From the human T2T-CHM13v2.0 reference genome, Homo sapiens: 64,000 nucleotides of DNA. The stretch lies in the NCBI RefSeq assembly GCF_009914755.1, contig NC_060925.1; one strand, given 5' to 3'. Position numbers and translations under genes: made by a program. Below, piece after piece: positions 42,001 to 55,598 of this stretch (positions are counted from its first letter, which is position 1; each line of letters begins with the position of its first letter). Under the pieces are notes generated by a model that searched no databases, was not told where the DNA came from, and saw nothing but the letters and a program-made list of their open reading frames with translations.

Positions 42001-43390
42001 GTAACTGCCAGGTACTGGGCTAGTGCTTTACATATACAGCGGGAGTAGGAGTTGTATTGTGGCGTATAAATTTGAGATGCCGTTGTTTCATGCCAAGAAG
42101 GTAAAATTAGATCTACTGGTTATATGCTTGATAGTTTACAAGGTATTTTCACATACCTCATCTCATTTTATTTTTCCTGTTCACTATGAGAGTGGTAAGG
42201 CAGGATTACTGTAAAGCTTTGGCTCTGCCGTTTACTGCCCTGTGGCACTGGGCAAGTGACTTGACATCTCTGATCATCTATTTTCTTAATTTTGCCTTTG
42301 CTTTAAAGGTCACTATGCTATATGTTGAAATATAGGAAAAAATGAGTTTATAAACCTGCATTCTTATCTGGGAAGACCCCTTATGTCTTGGGGTTCCCGA
42401 ATGGGGAAAGTTTCCCTGTTCCAATATAGCATCAATTCCATTATACTTCCAAAGGTTTTCCTTATTCCTACTTTCTTACTTCTCAGGGGACACCCTGGAG
42501 TTACTGCCCCCACTGTCAATGGTGAAACCAGGGAGGGGAGGGCACCAAGAGGGCTTTCTGATGTGGTGTGAGCAATATATGATGGAGGACAGGAGGTAAT
42601 TTAATATGCTCTCAAGTATGGGTTTATTGACCATATCAAATGTAGTTTTGCTTTCTCCAAGTCCAAAATTCAGGCTCTTTTTCTTCTTCATGCTTAATTA
42701 CAAGTGTTTTTAATTAGATGAATTCCATTAATGGCCAATTAAGTTTCAATTTAGAGGTCATATATGAACACTGGCAGACCCATCACAGCTTTGGCTCTCT
42801 GCAAAGTGACCTGGGTCTGGGCTTCCATCTGCTTAATGTTGCTTTGCCCATTAAGAGAAGTTAATGCTTCGCTAATTGTTTGCCTTGGGAGAGAAGCCAA
42901 CTTCTCTCCTTCCCTCAGCAGCCTGCACTTACACAACTATGATAAGAGCTGTCAGCCGGGAAGGGAAGAGAATAGGCATAAGGAGAGGGGAGGTCCAGGG
43001 TGCTATCAAGAGAGGAAGGGAGCCCAGAGGAATGGACTATCAGAAGGATTTAGAGTGGCTGTGGCTTGAGAGCTGGCAGAGGCTCAGCTTATGGCTATGT
43101 CTCATGAAGACGGTGATAGTTTGAGTTTGTCGGGTCAGTACCTGGAGGATGCTTAGGTGGTTTTGTAGGTGATTTGCCTGGTATTAGCATATGCTGCAGG
43201 TCAACTGAGAGACCTGGGGGCTGTTGGCACCATTCAGATTACTGTCTTATAATTGCCAAAATATTGCAACCTGAGGAAGGCAATTGGGGATTTTCCTTAA
43301 TTAGTACATATTTACTATGTGGTAGATACTGTTATAAGCACTTTAGCTGAATTATATCTTATAATTGTTACAATATTCTATAGTAGGTAA

Positions 43391-43716
<326 letters not shown>

Positions 43717-44187
43717 TTATTTCTATTTTACAGAAGTAACTGAGGCACAGAGAGGTTGAACACTTTTGGAAAGAGTGGGAATGGAATGCAACACCCGACT
43801 GCAGCTCCATGAGACTTGGGCCCATGATGAGTTCACACTAGCACAATGCCTGAGTGATTGAAAGAGTCACAGAGTCTTTTTATCCAAAAGGGTGAGATGT
43901 TTATTTTTGCTTAGTAAGATTAAAAAAAAAGCAAACATGGCTTTTTATGTCAAGCAGTGAAGCCACATGGCCACCAACAAATTTCCACACAAAGGTAATA
44001 CTCTAACCTTAGACAGCTGGAGGAAAAGGGGATAAAAGGACACAAAAGGAACAGGACAGCGGCAGGTACAGAATCCTCTGTTACATACATATTCAACGTT
44101 AAATAATAGGGGGTGTTTATTGAAACAGAGAGTAAAAAACTCTATGGCATGTCTTCTCCTTGTCACCGTCATTCCTTCTAGTTTTCC

Positions 44188-45122
<935 letters not shown>

Positions 45123-46002
45123 TTCCCTTGTGTACGCTTTGCAGTTTGCATGCACAAGACCCTGCTAAATCCCCAGGAATCCTGTGAGGTGTGAGGCACC
45201 ACCATCCCCTTCCCCTTCACACTCTGCTTTGTGCCAAGCAACTCAAGACGCAGAGTTCAGTCTCATTTTAATGCCCAGTGAGGAGAGGAGGCTACTTGCA
45301 AGGTAGTGGGTGGTAGGGGTGAAGGGAGCTGTGTGGGGAAAAGGAGGTGTCCCCAGGTTGAGGTGGAAATGACGTGTACTGATAGGTAGGAGTGTTGGTG
45401 AGAAAAACAACAATAATTTAATCTCAGCATGCAAGGATTTATTCCACGTACCAGAAAAGAGGAAGTATACTTTTGGAATTTGGCTTGAAAGTATTCTTCT
45501 TGTTGTATAAACCTGTTTATTTATACATTTCAAGCAAAATAATAATTAATCTACATCCTGTCATTCTAAAAGTGCTCAAGTACTAGAATCATAGAAAATC
45601 GAAGTATGAAGGTCCTTAGAAGTTGTGACTTCGACCTCCTAAATTTGCAGTTGAATAAATAAAAGCCCCCATAAGAAGGGTAATTTGCCTAATGTTTGAA
45701 GCTAGAGAGTGGCAGAGTAAGAATCAAATCCCAGGTCTTAGAATGTAACGCCAGTGTTCATCCCATTACATCACATTGTCTCCAACCCACATTCTTGCAC
45801 AATGTCTGCAATCTTTCTAGTGGGAGAAAAGAAGAACAGAATTGCTCCCTACTTCCTAACCACCTTCTCTCCTGATCTCAGGTGTTGGGGGTTGATTTAA
45901 CTGTAACATCATTGTCAATATAAAAAACAAAGCCCATCTTCTTGTCCCTTTCCCTTTCTCTCACTCCTTCATCCCTTTCTCTCCTCTGCTTCTGTACCTC
46001 CT

Positions 46003-46074
46003 ATCGCTAAGCTAAAAACAAATAATTTAAATACCCAGAGATCGCTAAGCTAAGGAACAAATAATTTAAATACC
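46003..46074 (+). repeat. ~38-bp tandem duplication
   Basis: ATCGCTAAGCTAA..AACAAATAATTTAAATACC starts at both 46003 and 46041. Confidence 0.85.
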
Positions 46075-48533
46075 TGATAGCATGCTGTTTAAAATGTATC
46101 CTTAATTGTAAATACCTGATGCTAGATCTCTTGATAGTGGGTTTCAATGGGAGGAGGAAAAGAGACAGAGAACTGCAGTTGGTAAATGGAAGGGACAAAA
46201 GGTCACAGAGATCAAAGGCTGGGCCCACTGTAGGTTTCCTTCCCCTTCCTGCATTTCACAATACTTCTGACTCCAGTTGTCGTGTCAGACTTGCATTGTT
46301 TTAACTGAATAATCACTGATGGAAACACAAGCATATTTAAGTATTTAGTTAAATTTCAATTTATGAATTTCTACAAAAAGATTTTAGTACCCACTATTTA
46401 TAGACCATGCTGGTTTCCTGTGCTATAAATAGGTAATTATAGGACTAAATTAAATGTTGAGCCACAGACTCTCTCATGTTACAACTCTACAAATACAAAA
46501 GCATCACCATAATCACATTTACAAATAACCTCCTATATTTCAGGGAAATAAAGGATGTCCCTACCTTTGATAACTCTGAGTAATTACTTTTGTTTGTTTT
46601 ATATTAAAAATAGGACAATCAAGTCTTCAGAAGTTAAATGCTTTGCTCAAGGTAACATCAGAATTTTGTAGACTGCACATGAGCTTTGGAATTAGACAAC
46701 TACATTGAAATCCTGGCTCTGCATTTACTTCCTAGTTGTGTAACCATGTTAATTTTCTGAACTTTTCTGTGAGCCTCAGTTTCTCACCTGTAAAATGAGA
46801 ATAATAATATAGGGTTGCCGTGAAGATCAAATTAGATTATATGTTATATATATACATATATATAGTGATTGATGTATAGAAAGCCTTTGATAAATGCTGT
46901 TTTTATTTTCTTCTGCCTTTCTTCTTCCATTTTGTTTACAAATGAAAACTCTGAGGCTTGGTGATGGTAAATGATTTCTTTAACAGCTCAGAGGAAGAAT
47001 CCACTCACCAGAAAGACCTGGAGACTGTCTTGGTTTAATGACCCTCAACCATCCCTTTTTGACACTGCTTAATCTCATGGCTACTCCATAGTTGTTATTA
47101 AGTGTGGAGAAAGCATACCTTCTTGATTAAACAACCACTCTCTAAATGAGACTTCCATTTTAAGTTTTGGCTGGAGCCTGACTTCCGTGTCAGCCATGGG
47201 GCTTCTTCAGATTCGCTGGGACAAATGATAAGAGATGAGACCCAACAAATATCTTCTTTTTCTTTTTCCTCCCTGTCCTCTATGCTTTCCTCTCCTCCAC
47301 CCTTTTCCTTCTAATTAACTCTGCAATTCTCAAATTTGTTCAGATCTAAACTTAGGCTTTCTACTCAGGAGACAGGATTAGAGAATATACAACTTTTCTG
47401 AATCACAATAACCCACAGTGTGATAGACCATTTGTCCTGGATGGGGCTTTAGTCACTTAGAGAAGGAAGACAATGGTTTTTTGCTTTGGTATAAATGGGA
47501 ATCTGGGACGAATGTCTAATTTTCTCGGGATTGGAACAGTTGAGGACTTGAAGACTTTAAGGGATTTTCTTAAATCCTGAGACATCCCTCTTGTGCACTA
47601 GCATTCCAAGGCAATTCCATGGTATATAAAAGGCTCCTAACAATAAGCCAGTTGTCACCTTCCAGAATGGTAGAGATTAAAATAAAATATTTAGTTTGAG
47701 GCAAGTGCTCTCAAACACAGTTGGCGGAAGTAGAAATTACTATTATCTATTAGAAGAGTTATTTGAAAATATCCTAAACATGCACATCTTAATTCATTAA
47801 TTTTTCTTTTATTGGTTCATTCCTGAATTGTTGAAATGGTTATCATTCCAATATTTATATAATACTACATCTATTATGTAGCCCTTTAAGATTACGTTTT
47901 TGAAGACTATGTAATGATATAGAGCTAAAATTTCATGGCTTAATATTAAATTAAAAAAATCAGAAATCAAATTTCTATATAGTGTATGACCCTCATTTTA
48001 TAAAAACTATACTTGTACCTAAATAAATACACCAAAAATAATAAGAATTATCTTTAACTGGTGGACTTACTGTTGATTTTTTTCTTCCATATACATTTCC
48101 GTATTTTTCAAATTTTTATTGTGAAAGATGCATTTGTAGCTTACTTAGAGAATGTTATGTAAAAAATGGAGAATTAGAAGGAAGATCTGGTACTTTTCTT
48201 TCTGATTTAATGAAATGCAAAATATTTTAGGAAGCTTTTTCAAAATTTTCCCTTATCCTTCCTGTGGAAAATAAAATTGGAATTACAGATGGTTTAGAGA
48301 TTTAAACATAAAAAATGACTCATAAAATTTCCAAAAGAAAGCACTGGGTAATATGTTGCTAGTCTTGGAATGAACAAGGCCTTTAAACAAGAAAGTTACA
48401 TAGAAAAAGTTTGATAAATTTGACTACGTAAAGAAATCTTAAAAAAAAATTATGACTTTAATTATGTCGAAAGCCAAACTACAAACTTAGGAGAAAATAT
48501 TTGTTGCCAATGTGACAGCCAACAAATATTCTT

Positions 48534-48678
48534 TTTTCTAAAAAAAAAAAAAAAAAAAAACCCAACTATTTTATTTTTTATTTCAGTAGGTTTTTGGGGA
48601 ACAGGTGGTGTTCGGTTACAAGAATAAATTCTTTAGTGGTGATTTCTGAGATTTTGATGCACCCATCACATGAGCAGT
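48534..48678 (-). mobile_element. Very short L1MA-type 3' end inserted in older L1M sequence
   Basis: L1MA 3'UTR end; TSD GCCAA(CA/TG)AATATTCTT at 48518-48533 and 48679-48694. Confidence 0.75.
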
Positions 48679-48767
48679 GCCAATGAATATTCTTAATTTA
48701 TAGAGAGAACATCTAAATCATTAAGAAAAAAAACGGAGATGACTTACCCATTAGAAAACATGGACAA

Positions 48768-49069
48768 GGCCAGGCGTGGTGGCTCACGCCTGTAATCCCA
48801 GCACTTTGGGAGGCCGAGGTGGATGGATCACAAGGTCAGGCATTAGAGACCAGCCTGATCAACACGGTGAAACCCCATCTGTACTAAAAATACAAAAAAA
48901 TTTAGCTGGGTGCAGTGGCACATGCCTGTAATCCCAGGTACTCAGGAGGTTGAGGCAGGAGAATCACTTGAACAAAGGAGGCAGAGGTTGCAGTGAGCGG
49001 AGATTGCACCACTGCACTCCAGCCTGGGCGATAGAGTGAGACTCCGTCTCAAAAAAAAAAAAAGGGAAA
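48768..49069 (+). mobile_element. AluS
   Basis: TSD AGAAAACA(T/C)GGACAA at 48753-48767 and 49070-49084. Confidence 0.92.
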
Positions 49070-51227
49070 AGAAAACACGGACAAATAGGATTTCTTCTTT
49101 TGGTAACAGCTGACTAGGTACTTCAGACCATCTATTGTGCTTTAGGTAGAAAATCTACCTAAAAGTAATGAGAAAACTTGCAAAGTATTGCATAATTAAG
49201 GGCAAGATCTGGGATAATATGGAGTTGTGGATGGAAGAGCCCATATTTGGAGCCCCCTTTCCGTTAGGGGGACCTGCTGATCTGGAAAGGGCAGCTGAGA
49301 GGCTGAGTTTCTGATCAGAACATTTGACAGGGAATTCCTTGAAAGGAGACTTCTTTCAGGCATTTGGCAAGACTTTATAGACTGTGGAATCAGAGGACTG
49401 CCATTGAACGTCTAATACATTGGAGAAAGAAGGCTGAGGATAACTGATCACCAGTTAAAGGTAAGTTGTGAGAGACAGAGAGTTTCCTTTGTAACAGAAA
49501 AGGCTGGAGATAAGGCCCGGGATTTAATTATAAAGGTGGCGGAAGTCCAGAAAAAACGGAATTCCCAACCCTGAGGTGTCTGCTCTAAGAAGCTTAGATT
49601 CCTGGTCAGAAAGAGACGGGACTCTGAGCCTTAGGATGGCAACACCTGCTTATGTACACTCACTGATCTTGAATGTCCAGATGGTTCTAGACCCTCTAGA
49701 CTTACAGAAGTGGCCCATTCCTCCCTGTTGAAAGTTAGCACCTTCGCTTTCTTTGAAGACAGCTCAGAAGCCTCTGCCTTGAGAGACAACTGCATGCTCA
49801 GAACCTACTCCTATATCCCCTTCCAGGGACCAGCTCAATAGCTATAGTAAGTCCCCACATCAACTGTCCTGGAAAATGCTGCACCTGTTAGAGGAGAAAG
49901 GGAAATACACACTGAAGGAGCTACAGGACCTAGTCAGCATGTCCAGCAGGAGCTGTGAGAGGATAGATAGGACTGGGTTCTAGAATACAGGATCCAGGGG
50001 CATAGAACACAAAGTTGGAAGAGAGAGAGGGTTTTTTTTTTTTTTTTAATAGAGAATACTCTTCTGTGTTATAGAATTCAACACCTTGGAAAAGACACTA
50101 GGAGACAGATCTACACTGTTATAATGCTTTTGGAAGCTTGGAAAAAGTGGTAGCCAACATCAAGTGAAGTAACTGAGCAAGAACTGTTCCGGAAGATGGT
50201 GGAGGAAGGAATAAAAGGCTCAGAGAAATGAGCATGCTGGAGTTGATATGCTACACAAAGCTGGATAACCCACAAGCTATATTCTGTAGGAGGGCCCAGG
50301 CCAGAGGACAATTTATTTGCCAAATTGACAAAAAATGCACAGATAAGAGAGGTACCAGCATCACTGAGAAGTTTAGTGATTGCTTCTCCTCTGTTAGGCC
50401 AAAGCAGGTGTAAGAGCTGTTGTTACAGAATGTGGCTCCCTGATAGCAATGAGAATGATGTTATTCTGAAAGTACTAGAGTCCAGGATGGCAGTACCATA
50501 ATGTCAGAAGCAATGTGAGCCCACTTATTCCCCTTCATGGCAAGTCCAGATTAATAGATTAATAGAATTCAATATTCTTAGGGCAAGATATTTGGCAAGC
50601 CTGTAAGAGGACTGCTTAGTTTATATAACTAAACAAACTAAAGATATGTGCTCAGAGGATTCCTTTCCAGTTTCAACACCTGTTTTCAAACTTAGAACTC
50701 ATTGACTCAAGGAGAGTCAATGAGTCAATGCTTATCCCTGAAGAAGCATCATGCAAGGGTGGCAAAGGTATACAGTAATGATTTCCCCAGATAGTCCCCC
50801 CAAGGGACCTCTGACAATTTACTTGCCTAGTCATATACTAAGGAAAGGGAAATACCAAGAAATCTGAGGAGTTTGTGCACAGGGTCTGAATTGACATTGA
50901 TACACAGGAAAATAAAGTGGCTTCAAGCCCCTATCCCCATTAGAGTGAAGACATGTAAGGACCATGTAGTAAATGGATGCCTGGCCCAAGTCTGTTAAAT
51001 AGTGAGACCTTTGGGTCCATGGACTCCCCTAACAGTAGTTTCTGTCATCACTATATATATACAATTGGAATGGACATATTTGTAGCTCAGAGAACTCTCA
51101 CATTTGTTCCTTAATCTATGGGATAAGAGCTAACATGGTAAGGGTGAAGAAAGGTTATGTAAAAGTTTCTGAACTTTCCCCTGTGTCACCCACTCCTGGC
51201 CAAGACAGAATAATAAAACTATGTGGT

Positions 51228-51550
51228 GGCTGGGTTCAGTGGCTCACACCTGTAATCCCAGCACTTTGGGAGGCTGAGGCGGGTGGTTCACCTTAGTTCA
51301 GGAGTTTGAGATCAGCCTGGTCAATGTGGTGAAACCCTGTCTCTACTAAAAATACAAAAATTAGGTGGGCATTGTGGCAGTTGCCTGTAATCTCAGCTAC
51401 TTGGGAGTCTGAGGCATGAGAATCACTTGAACCCAGGAGGCAGAGATTGCAGGGAGTCGAAATCAAGCCACTGCACTCCAGCCTGGGCGATGGAGTGAGA
51501 GTCCATCTCACAAAAAAAAAAAAAAAGAAAAAGAAAAAGAAAAAAAAGAA
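51228..51550 (+). mobile_element. Older Alu (J/Sx-like)
   Basis: Full Alu with compound A-rich tail. Confidence 0.9.
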
Positions 51551-52849
51551 CCCCCCACACCACAGAAAAAAAAACAAAATAAATTATATCGTATTCCAGG
51601 AGGGCTGGCAGAGATGAGTGCCACTCTAAAGACATAAAGGATGCATGGGTAGTGGTTTCCATCAGATCACCATTTAATTCATCAGCCTGTTCCCTACAGA
51701 AGTCAGATGGATCTTAACAGATCACAACTCAGCCATATCACAACACATAATCTGCTGTGCTGGAGCAGATTAACACAATATCAGGTACATACTATGTGAC
51801 CATTGATCTGACAGATGCATTCCTTTTAAATCCCTATTAGAAATGTGAAGCAGAAGCAGTTCAAGTTTACATGGAACAGACAATAGTATACATTTAAGAT
51901 CTTGTCTCGGGGTCACTTAACTCTACTGCTCTCAGTTATAGTCCAAAGGGATCTGAACCACCTGAACACTGTGCAGCACATCTCAGTACACATCTCTATT
52001 AAGGACATTTTGTTAATCAAGTCAGATTAGCAAGAAGTGGAAATTACGATGAGGGCCTTGGTAAAACGGTGCGCTCCAGGGTGTGGGATGTAAACCCTGC
52101 ACAGATTCAGGTCTGCCCTAATAATAAAGTTTTTAGGGGACCAGGAGTCTGGGTATGGTAAAATATCTTCTCCAAAAAAAGGACAAATTGTTGCATCTTA
52201 CATCTTCCACCAGTAAGAAGGAAGCACTATACCTGGTAGGCCTTTTCACATTTAGAGAATCATATTTCAAACTTGAGAATAGTGCTGCGATCTATTTGCC
52301 AAGTGACATGAAAGGTTACCAGCTTTCAGTGGAGCCCTGAGCAGAAAAAGGCTCTTCAGAAAATCCAGGCTGCATGAGCAAATGGTCCTAGATTTGGGCC
52401 ATATGATCTGACAGACTCTGTGGTACTTGAGGTATCTGTGGTAGGAAAATATGTTGTGTGTGAAGTTTATATTAAGCTCCAATAGGAGAATCACAACATA
52501 GACCCCTAGGGTTTCAGCATACGGCCAAGCCATTTGCAGCAAAGAATTAGACACCACTTTAAAAATAACTCCTGGCAGGCTACTGGGTCCTGGTAGAGAT
52601 GCAACATCTGACCACGAGACATCAAGTGACTATGCAGCCGGAACTGTTCATAATGAGCTGAGGTTTTTTATCAGAACTGTTAAATCATAAGGTTGGATGA
52701 ATTCAACAGCAAGTTATTTTAAAATGGGAGGGATACATCTGCAACTGGGCGTGAATAGGGCCAGAGGGCACAAGTTGGCTGCTTGAGAAAGTAGACTGAC
52801 ACATAACCCACTGACAGAGGAAGATAAAGCATGAACTTAGTTCATGAAT

Positions 52850-53127
52850 GGTGTGTGTGTGTGTATATGTGTATATATATAAGTGTCTTGTATATATATA
52901 TGTGTATATATGTGATGTTAGATGACACATGACTTTGTCTCGCTGTGTGTATGTGTGTGTATATGTATATATACGTATGTGTGTGTATATGTATATATAC
53001 ATATATGTGTTTATATGTATATATACGTATATATGTGTATATGTGTATATACGTATATATACACACACATAGACAAAGTCATGTGTCATTTAACATATAC
53101 ACATACACATACACACATAGAGAGAGG
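52850..53127. repeat. Compound (TG)n/(TA)n/(CA)n microsatellite
   Basis: Alternating purine-pyrimidine tract seen directly. Confidence 0.9.
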
Positions 53128-53131
53128 GACA

Positions 53132-53475
53132 AAGTCATGTGTCATTTAACATTAACAAGGGGGATACATTCTGACAAATGCATTGTTAGGCAGTTTTGTC
53201 ACATGAACATCACAGAGTGTACTTACACAAAACTACATGGTAAAGCCATGCAGCCAGCTACACACCTAGGCTATATGGTATAACTCACTGTTCCTAGGCT
53301 ATAAACCTGTACAGCATGTTACTGTACAGAATACTTTATGCAATTGTAACAAAATGGTATTTGTGTGTTTAAACATAGAAAAGATACAGTAACAATATAG
53401 CATTATAGTTTAATGGAACCACCATTGTATATGTGGTCCGTAATTAACTGAAACTTGTTATGCAACACATGACTG
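53132..53475. mobile_element. Tigger3a-like TcMar DNA transposon
   Basis: Termini agtcatgtgtc... and ...gcaacacatgactg followed by TA; ~345 bp. Confidence 0.75.
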
Positions 53476-53519
53476 TATGCATGTGTGTGAGCGTGTATGT
53501 TTATGAATGTATGTAAGTC

Positions 53520-53975
53520 ATCTGGAACATGTGAATGTGACTTAACTTGGAAAAAGTGTCTTTGTAGAGGGCTAAAATCAAGGGGCTGGCAGGGCTACAG
53601 TTCTTCTGGAGGCTTTAGAATCCTGAATCACTTTGCTTGTCTTTTCCAACTTCTAGAGGCTGCCTGCATTCATTGGCTCATCGCTGCCTTTCTCCATCTC
53701 CAAAGCCAGCAATGGCCAGTCCAGTCTTTCTCATATTGCATCACTCTAACACCTACACTTTTGCTCCCTTCTTCTGTATTTAAAGGCCCTGTGATTACAC
53801 TAGATCCACCTGGTTAAGCCAGGCTACTCTCTCTAATTTAAGGTCAGCTGATAGGCAACCTTAATTCCAACTGCAACTTCAATTTCTTTTGGCCATGTAA
53901 CCTAATATATTCATAGATTCCAGGACTATGCATTTAAACAACTTTGGGTGGAGGCAAACTTTATGCCTACCCAAA
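53520..53975 (-). mobile_element. MLT1D-like MaLR LTR fragments
   Basis: gggctaaaatcaagg...ttaaggtcagctgat. Confidence 0.65.
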
Positions 53976-55143
53976 GACATAAAGTTTGAAGACCTTTATG
54001 TTGAATGATAGCACCGACTAGGGAGTATCCACAACAGAAGATAAACAACCAAATAAACAGATGACTTGGTGAGTTGTCAGCTAGCTAATTAATTCTGGCA
54101 AAATAGGCTCATGAACTGAGTAGTCACAGCACAGATGGAGGCTAGCCATGCCAGTAGCATCTGTGTACTACTGCTGTTTAATGTCCAAACTTTGAGCCAG
54201 AGATCAAAGCTGAGCCCTTGATACAACACCATTTCTTGAGGAAACCCATCAGTTATTTGGTGGCAAATCAATTACAATGGACTCCTTCTGCCCTCTCCCT
54301 GCCTCCATCTGAATGTTACACTTTATTGCCTGAACTGTTTCTTGTCCTTCTCTCCAATACCTGACCCAGTTTTTCCACATCTTGCAACCTTTCCCCAGCT
54401 TGAATGTTGACCATCTGCACTCAAGAAGGCGGTGAAGTGCAGCTGAAAACATTACAAGCTTCTTTGGCTCTACCACTAATTGGTTTGATTTTGGACAAGT
54501 TAGTTAATAGTAATGAAAATAATTTATCAAAATAATTTATCATTTAGTATGGGCCAAACACCAAACACACATTTATCTTTCTCACAATTATTCATTTGAA
54601 AGCTAGAAGAACCGAGATTTGGAGGGGTTTATAAAACATGCTTAAAGTGACACAGCTAGGAAGTGAGAGTTGGGATTTCAACCCAGATCTGCATCTATCT
54701 CAAACATACCCCAGGTTGCCACAGTTAAAACCTGTGGACCTCAGAATCTCCAGCTCTAAAATGTGAATAACGACAGTACTCTCCTGGAATTTGAAGAAAG
54801 ATGAAATGAAATACATGAAAGTGCTTTGCAATTTACAGTGCACTCTGTCAATAATCACTAACATTTATTGAGTGCATATTACAGCCAGGCACCGTTCTAA
54901 GAACAGTATGAGCTCATTTCATCCTATGAAGTAAGACTTCTATTAAACCCATTTTACAGTTGAGAGGACTGAAGTGCTGAAAGGTGAAGCAACGGTCTTG
55001 TGGCTTCCCAGCTTCTAGATGATGACGCCAGGTTTTATACTTAAACAGTTTTGTTCATAAGCAGAGAGCCTGAGCTCCTGGCCAAGATACCTCACTGCCA
55101 AGGTAAGACCTTATTCTTTATTTATTAATTTAAATTATGAGCT

Positions 55144-55598
55144 TGTATTAGTTTGTGAGGACTGCTATAATTAAGTAACACAAATGGGGATGGCTAAAAC
55201 AACAGAAATTTGTCTCATAGTTCTGGAAGCTATGAGTCAAGATCTAGGCATCAGCAAGGTTGGTGCTCTCTCAGGACCACGAGGAAGAATCTGTTCCCTG
55301 CCTCTCTCCTAGCTCCTGGTGCTTGGCTGGCAATATTTGTTCCTTGTTTTATAGAAGCATCACCCGAATTTTTGCTTATATCTTCACAGAGTGCTCTCCC
55401 TCTGTGGGTGTCTGTGTCCAAACTTCCCCTTTTAATAAGACACCAATCATATTGGATTAGGAGTGCATTCTAAGTATAACTTCATCTTAACTAATTACAT
55501 TTGCAGTGACCCTATTGCCAAATAAAGTCATATTCTAAGATACTGGGAGTTCAACCTCAACATGTGAATTTTAGGGGGTCACAAATCGACCCATAACA
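55144..55598 (-). mobile_element. MLT1C-type MaLR LTR
   Basis: tgtattagtt...gacccataaca; degenerate TSD GAGCT/GGGCT. Confidence 0.8.

Larger units (their letters stand above)
49330..54290 (+). mobile_element. Decayed ERVL-class internal region (gag-pro-pol remnants) with nested Alu, Tigger3 and MLT1
   Basis: Protease-like LCTGSELTLI at 50873-50902; RT-like SPFNS...QKSDGS from 51667; IDLTDAF...QKQFKFTWNRQ*YTFKILSRG at ~51790-51916. Many stops and frameshifts; outer bounds approximate. Confidence 0.8.

Noticed and set aside
52703-53283. Tyr/Ile/His/Val-rich ORFs
   Set aside because: Translations of the dinucleotide microsatellite.
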